A stretch of DNA of 64,000 nt from Bugula neritina (taxonomy: Eukaryota; Animalia; Bryozoa): the NCBI GenBank assembly GCA_964035545.1, contig OZ037767.1, positions 9,744,581 to 9,808,580 of the forward strand, written 5' to 3'. The translations under genes were made by a program, and so were the position numbers. The first letter of the stretch is position 1; every line of letters begins with the position of its first letter. Below are positions 56,654 to 64,000 of the stretch, piece by piece. The notes beneath the pieces are model-generated. The model was not told the origin of the DNA and did not search any database. It saw only the letters and a list, made by a program, of their open reading frames with translations.

Positions 56654-58075
56654 CGTCTTCTAACACTTCATTTAAATGTTCCATATGTTTATACTTATGA
56701 TTTCATGCTCAACTAATGATCTGTATTTTAAGTACATTTCCTGTTTTTAATTTGTCTTATTTTCAACACCTGCAATATTCCTCTTTTTGTCGCATTCTAT
56801 TTTAAATAGAAATCTTGTTGATTATCATAAGAAATATTTATTTTCCAGTCAGATATCCCCATGTGTTATTTATTGTTTGATTTACTATTATCTCACGTTG
56901 TTTCATAATTTTATTGCCGAACAATCTCGGAATTGTTGCTGGTTATTTACTTGTTGATATTATTTTCACTTATACTCTAACAGCATTTTATACACTTACT
57001 GCAAACATTGCAATACTTCTTGCTTTTCTACTCAATACAATAACCGCAGCATGGCAAATTCTTGACTCAATTCTATAACTGAGGAAGCAACGTAGAATAG
57101 TCAATTGAGATTGACTGGCATTACTCAATGAATAACGAATTGGTTACTTTGTTACTTGTTGGCAGGATAATTTGCTTCTTCAAAAGCAGCACCATGATTT
57201 TCAGTGAGTAGGTAAATCCCATGTTAGTCTAAGACTTCTTGCACATGCTTTTCTGTTTTAGTGTAGAATGAGAAATAAAGAATCACTTTAGACATAATTG
57301 TGTGCGCGTGTTCAAATGCTGCTATGAGAATACAACTCTTCATATTAAAGATGTGTATATGATGAGGGGACAAATCCCAGTAAAGCTGCTGTTCACAGAT
57401 TGAGATATTTATATGTGCGTGCTTGTATGTGTGTGTATGCATGTATTATGTGTGTACACACTTATGTTTGTATGTATAGGCCCTATATGTAGACATATCC
57501 AATGAGCTGGATTAACTTCTGGCTCAGTGTAGTCAGTAAGTGAAACATGGGAATCCTATAGATATTGTGAAATTCAAAGATCCTTTAATTACTGGTATTT
57601 ATCAAGGACCAAAGATAAAGTTGATATTTCAGTATTTATATATGTATTGATATATATGATATATATTTTAACAATTTTTTACATTAGCACATACATGAAA
57701 GATCAATTGTATGACAGAAAACAAATAAGGGTATTAGCTGCATATTATATTAGAATATGTCATCAACAATTTATGCAACAGAGTGTACATTAACTGTTGA
57801 AAAGAAAAATAAATAAGTTATTAAGGATTATATTCCGATATATAATTGAAGTTACACCACTTGTGTTTTTAATAAAATTACTAACATCTTTAAAATGTTC
57901 TAGTATGACAATATCATGGCTCTTAATCAAACCATTAAATACTTGTCATATTAACAACAGAGGAAAAGCATAATTTCACTCTGAGCTGTACATTTTGTAA
58001 CAATATTTATAGAAGTTTGTCACAAAATACCAACAAGTGGCAAGGAGCACAGAGTTCGGAGAGATGGAGAATTTG

Positions 58076-60764
58076 TTAGAAGCAGCTTGGTGCAGAAGTA
58101 GTTTTGGTTTGACCATGGAAATCGGCAGGAAATGTAAATTGTAAATACGAAGGAAGCACAGGTTCAGAGTTGGTTGTGGTAAGAGCAAATGGATACGGAG
58201 GAGGTGGATATTTCTCTAAGAGGAGAGATGAGGCAGAGATGGTGGTTGGTTTAGGAGGATTGTATGATAGAATATCAGAGCTGGTGGTAACTTTTACCAC
58301 CACTTGCTGATAAACTAAGGAAAATTTGTTCGTTGGGTCGAGGAACCATTCAGATCTCTAAAGAATATGAATAGGCAGAGTAGGAAAGAGAATAGATTTA
58401 AACAGCATGCATCAGTTGAATGAGTATAACTGAAAAAACTGAACTACACTACAGCAACTGAATCTAGAATAAAGGTTTAGAGTAAAAGAATGCTATAAAA
58501 CAGAGTGATGGAATATGACATTAGAGAAATGATGATAACGTTAAGCAGAAAATAATTATCATAGGCATGGGAAAAATGCAGGTAAAAAACTAATAAGTAA
58601 CAGACAGTTTCCAAAGTTGAAAAAATGAAATATTGTTAATTTGGGTAAATACCATTGCAATAATGTAGCCAAAAATGTGCAACAAAGTTGAACACCCATG
58701 AATTTGGATAACCATATCACATACTTTTCTTAAACGTTCCAAACTTCTCATCATGAGTTTTTCTGCCTCTTCGTTGTATAATTTTATGAATTCGTGGAAT
58801 GGCAGAGTAGGCTAAAAGTAAAGTATTTGTGTTATAACAAGGAACTACGACAAGTATATTGTACAGAGACTTTATATTACATGTTATATAGGGCCATAGG
58901 TGATAGTAGAATACTACTGCAGTATATTGTTACAGTATTTTATATTATTTTATATTGTAGTAAGACCTCTTAAAATATAGCTATGCAATAACATATATTA
59001 CATTTTCATACAATAAGAAAAAAGGTTAGGAATGAAAGAAAAGCTAACAGGCTAGTACAGTTCCAAGTTACCTTCATGTTTTTATAAAAACTTACAGGCA
59101 ATATTCTAATATATGAGAAATGCTATGTTACCTTCATAGGTTTAGCATCTCCACTATCACCTCTTGCCAATTGGAACATATCATTCTCTACAGACCCTGT
59201 CTTTGTCAGATCAGCAAACTGATTCAAATTCTCCAGACCAAACACAGAGGTGAGTGGAAAATAATTCAACAAGAGCTCCACTACTTCAACTGCTTTCTTG
59301 ATTTTACTCGGGTCATTATTACTGTTCCTATTAAATTATTTAAACTATTAACCAAATAAAACTTTTCAAATCATCAGTCAGTATAGTTAGTTTGTATGTC
59401 AACTAAGACACTGTCAACAGCTAACTCATGTATTGCAATGAAAATTTGTTATTAGTTAATTAGTGAAGCTTTATAAATGTTTTTAAATATTGTGGCATAT
59501 AGCATTACAAGTTATTGTACTGCATTGAATAGTGTAGCTGATAAGTTTATAAACTATTGGTAGGAAAAACATATCATTTTTATTGCACCAAACAAAGATT
59601 AAAAAAAATATCTTTTTGAATTATAAACACTCACCCAAACAGAGATCCGGCAATAGATTTAGCCAAGCTTTCAAATGTCAGGTTTTGACGTTTACATACG
59701 AGATAGGCGAGACCTACCATCAGTGTAAGGAGTTGTCTGACCGGCTTTGAGAGAGACATGAGAATTCTGTAGAATGAAAAACGTAGACAGTATTTAGGAA
59801 ATATAACACATAAATGTAGCAATGTACAACTATATTAAATAAATTAATCAGAGATCTTAGAGTTTTACAGTAAACCCCATTGCACTTTGCATTAAAATTT
59901 GATGACAGATAAGTGTGGTTGTGTTAAAGCTATTTGCAACTTAATAAAAAAAAGGTTTTATAACACAGTTTATGGCTTCGAATTACCTTCAAAAGGGTGC
60001 AAAACTAGCACAAATATACTTTTCTTATTGAAAAGATCTTAAAACTCTTTGGAAGTTAAATTTCATATATCACTCAGTATTGAATTGGTGACTCAACCAA
60101 ACACTGAAGGGTAGATTAAGCAATATAGAATAATTACTGCATTGCCTGACATGATAAATTCACTATATTATGAACTGAGTGGTCGACTAAAGCTTAGACT
60201 GTGAGAATTTAGAATAGTCAATAATTCAGTTTCAATGTTACAAAAATATAGCAAAAGCTACAGTGTTGGTAAGTATAATATGTCAGTAATAAAGTTTGAA
60301 TCTCAACAGCATTAGAGAGTTAGCCTTGATATTCTGTATGTCAACATCAGTACTCACTTATTGACCATCTTTTTCTTTTCTGCTACTCCTTTTAGTTTCA
60401 AAACTTTAATAAACTTCTTCTCCATCTGCTTCCCAAGAAGGCCATTTGGAATAGCAAGGAGAAACTTCTAAAATGCATATAATATTGAATAGTGAATAGT
60501 GGAGAGCTAGAGCTAAAAGATTAGTGCTAGGAATAATAAACAGCTAGATTTATATCCCAAATGGAGTTTGGGGTCCAACAGTACATTCTCACATATGATA
60601 TATAATATTAATTAGGAATTGTGGCAGTGCTTATGGTTTTATTGAGAACAAATATATTTTCGAGTTTGTATTGTAATACAAATTGTTGAAGCTATAATCA
60701 TTTTTTACTTGATAAATGACACGTCTAAACTATAAGAAACAATTTAGATCTTTTAAATTTAAAA

Positions 60765-60803
<39 letters not shown>

Positions 60804-61769
60804 GCGTGCGTGTGTGCATGCGTGCGTGCGTGCGTGTGTGTGTGTGCGTGCGTTTGTATGTGCGTGCTTGCGTGTGGGTGTATTTGTTCATAAATATGAC
60901 TTACTTTGACCACAGAACATAGACTGTAGATGCCCACACTTTGGAGGTCAAATTCTTGTCCTGCTGACAAGGACTCTGATAGTCGGCGTACCTCCCCTGA
61001 ACTACCTGGCTGCCGGAATATTCCTGTTTGTGAGAGACCACTCAGAGCGATTTGCATGAAGATATTCTATAAGAGAGCATTAGGACATGTGTTATGTAGT
61101 AGCTACAAACTTATGCTTTACCATTTATAATGCAGTCTTCAAGTTATAAAAATGTGAAGGTTTTTTAGCAAAAGATTACATACCAGGAGTGTTACTGGAA
61201 TCTCATTTTTTCGAAAGACTCGTTTTAATGGAACTCCAAACTCTAGTCTATAAATATCAAGTATTTACTACAGCTATAAACGTAATATTAACCAATGGCA
61301 GTTTAAATATAGTCACTGAAAATTGCTGCTCAGCAAATATCCTGCCTGATAAAGAACATATTAGTTTTGAAAATATAAAACCGTACTATGTGTAATGAGT
61401 TACTAGCCAACTTTATTTCAATGCGCTTTCTACAAGTGAAAACAGCAAGTGGGTCTTATTTAGATATATGGGAGGTCCAATTTTAAATATCAATTGTGAT
61501 TAAATACTTTTATGGCACAGCTGTGCTTCTCATAATAATAACCAAATAAGTTTATGTTATTTCGACCATATAATATCTCGCTGCCATTTTCGAAGCATTA
61601 ACATATAGGCATGAGTTCTAAAGCTACTAATTTACCAAGACAAAACGTACTGTGAACATTGCTGAAGATGAAGTTCTTAGACTAACCTCTCGATAGTGAC
61701 ATGATCAACACTTTCAGCAGCGGAAGCTGCAGAAGCTCGTCTAGAAAATAGTCTGCTGAAGAATCCCAT
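58076..61769 (-). CDS. Small RhoGAP-domain protein, copy 2 (intact paralog)
   Basis: Same exon set as copy 1 with GT-AG sites retained and no stops or frameshifts seen. It shows many synonymous changes (e.g. GGT>GGA, TTT>TTC, CAT>CAC, CTG>TTA) plus some replacements. Confidence 0.87.
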
Positions 61770-64000
61770 GGCTAAAAATAAACACATATAAATAATAATC
61801 CATTTATATAACGCTGTTAATACAAAATTAAAACACATAGTACTACCATAGACTACACAAAAACCTGCTTAACATCTTGTGCTCCAGATCAACTAGACAA
61901 AAACATTATATTATGTTTGAATGCAACTGCAAACAGCTGATATATCTCCTTATAATTAAGCAATACTATAATTTCTCAATAAATAATTTACAAAAAACTT
62001 GGGTTATAGTAGAGTTTCGTTCACTAACCTTGTTTTCCGAGACAGAAAATATGTAGCAGAAATGAAGTGAGGCAACTACAATGTCAAGCAGTACAGAGAC
62101 TGGACAATCAAGTTGCAGAAATATGACTAAAGCACAAAGTATGATACTGAAATAAGTATATACTCTAAACACTGATTCTATGATTAGCAGAATAAAAGAT
62201 AGAATAGCATCTGTATTCTGAGGCAGAGCGAATCAAACTACACAGAGTCATAACATGATGTCTTTCTCATTGTCTTATTAACGTCGCATAACTCATGAGT
62301 TCTTAACTAGTACAATTAGTAAATTACTAGTAATCATTGTTACTATAGAAAGAATGTTACTATATAATATAGTGAATTGAATAAACAGTAGCACAATTTT
62401 ATTGAAAAACCTTGATATTTGATGAATTCCGTAACTGTATTTTTTCAAAGCCTTTCTTTTCTTGTAGAGAATAATAGTCAAAATTGTTGTCTAACTTTTT
62501 AAGATAAATTTAAATTGTCAACCTTTTAGTTGTATTTTCAACCTTAAAAACAATTTTTAGGTAGTGTTTTTGTTTCTCCTAACTGAGCTGAGGTTGGCTT
62601 ATGTAATTTTTGTTGTACATCAGCTCAGTTTTATGTTGTAAAACTGAATATTAAAGTGAACTAGGCAAGGTTCTATTTCAACATATTTTAGCTTCATGAA
62701 AATGACAAATTTTTATGATAGTTCACCAACAAGACATATTAATTCTAAATTAAGAGTGTTCACTACATTTATAGAAAAAAAATTTCATTTGCCACATTTA
62801 CCCTAGACATACTGGTTTAAATAATTAATTGCATCTTGCTAATCATAGTATCAGCATACATAAAGTTATAAGTACAGTATCTACTAAGATTATTAGACTC
62901 ATGGCTTTGGTCTTCTTTTGGGCCCAATTGCTTAATGGTAATTTGGCAGTTACTTGGAAACTGGCTGAAAAATTTAATCAAACATAACATTATAAAATTT
63001 ACAGCAATACATGTCATAGACAAACATAGCTATAACGTTTGTCATAAACTCTAATAGTGGCAAGCACAAGAACGTTACCAGTCTCAATGATTCATCTATA
63101 AGAAAGATAACTCCAATACAAGAGTTTTTTTTTAAATCCCAGCATAGGTTATGAAACGAAAGCTCAAGACAAAATTAAAAAATTACTAAGTGAAAATTAA
63201 ATGTAAGTAAATCATGTGTTTTAGTGTGTTATAGACCCACGGAACAATTCCATCAACTACAGGCTCTACCATCTGATGGTTTGTCAGCAGTCAATTGAAA
63301 AGTTAAAGGTAAGTAGGAGCATCAAGGTGATATCTTCTTGTCAAGTTATGACATGGCCTTATATATACTGTTGCTATTAGTCAATACATGGTGTTGCTGC
63401 AAATTTTTATCTCTATAATAAGTATGAATGTATTCAGTATTACAGCTAGAGTCTATATTCAAACCTATATCGCTCATGAGCCTGATTAAAACAATTGCAA
63501 TTATATATTTAAGTTTATAAAGTAACATGGGTCATTTTACTTAATTTAGTACACACTGGAAATATCCAGTTTTTAGCTATTTTTCACAATTTAGCTGCTA
63601 ATGAACATGGGTTTTTGCCCAAAACTAGTAAGATATCAATAAATACACCTAAATAGTCAAGGTTCTTCTTAATTTTGCTTGATTTCCCATGTTTTTTCCT
63701 AATTAGTCAGCTACTTTTAATTGCTGACCGTTACGGCTTTTTCGAATAAGAATAAGAATAAGCCAGTAAAATAAAAATATATCGTGATCAAAACTCATTA
63801 GTGATTATTTGCACTTGGATTAATGTGATACTGATAATAAATCAATATCACGCTAATCATTGACCAATATCCACAAATTCTATTTAGCTATCAATCTCTA
63901 TATACTACAATGTTGTTGCTATGTTGTCTATAATCTACTTGGGGCTTAAGAATACATTTCACTTCAGCAAGTGACGACAACCCCAATCGACTCCTTCTCA

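Larger units (their letters stand above)
56060..64000. repeat. Tandem segmental duplication, copy 2 (runs off the right edge)
   Basis: Colinear with copy 1 to the last base of the window. Confidence 0.93.

Overview
AT-rich, intron-containing genomic DNA from an animal, probably a protostome invertebrate (inferred from the TEKTWG-type Vsx CVC domains; the species cannot be determined). Most ORFs in the supplied track are exon fragments or noise, so I assembled genes by hand from GT-AG boundaries and reading phase. Left to right: (1) the 5' end of a minus-strand gene with a type II signal anchor; (2) a CR1-like LINE remnant; (3) a kizuna (KIZ)-like gene containing a tRNA-derived SINE with a 15-bp target-site duplication; (4) two tandem, diverged Vsx/Chx10/ceh-10 homeobox genes, only the second with an OAR motif; (5) an hnRNP U/UL1-like gene on the minus strand with a Met/Gly/Asn/Gln-rich tail instead of RGG repeats and a probable 3'UTR intron; (6) an arylsulfatase B/I/J-like gene; (7) a roughly 9-kb tandem duplication from about 46755, running off the right edge, which gives two intact small RhoGAP genes and an orphan copy of the arylsulfatase 3' end. 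The most notable observations are the reciprocal divergence of the two Vsx paralogs, the KIZ-Vsx adjacency, the mosaic identity of the duplication, a new in-frame splice acceptor in the duplicated sulfatase tail, and a dense hairpin cluster in an hnRNP U intron. I found no CRISPR array, rRNA or bona fide tRNA, and nothing I can firmly call a new biological system.
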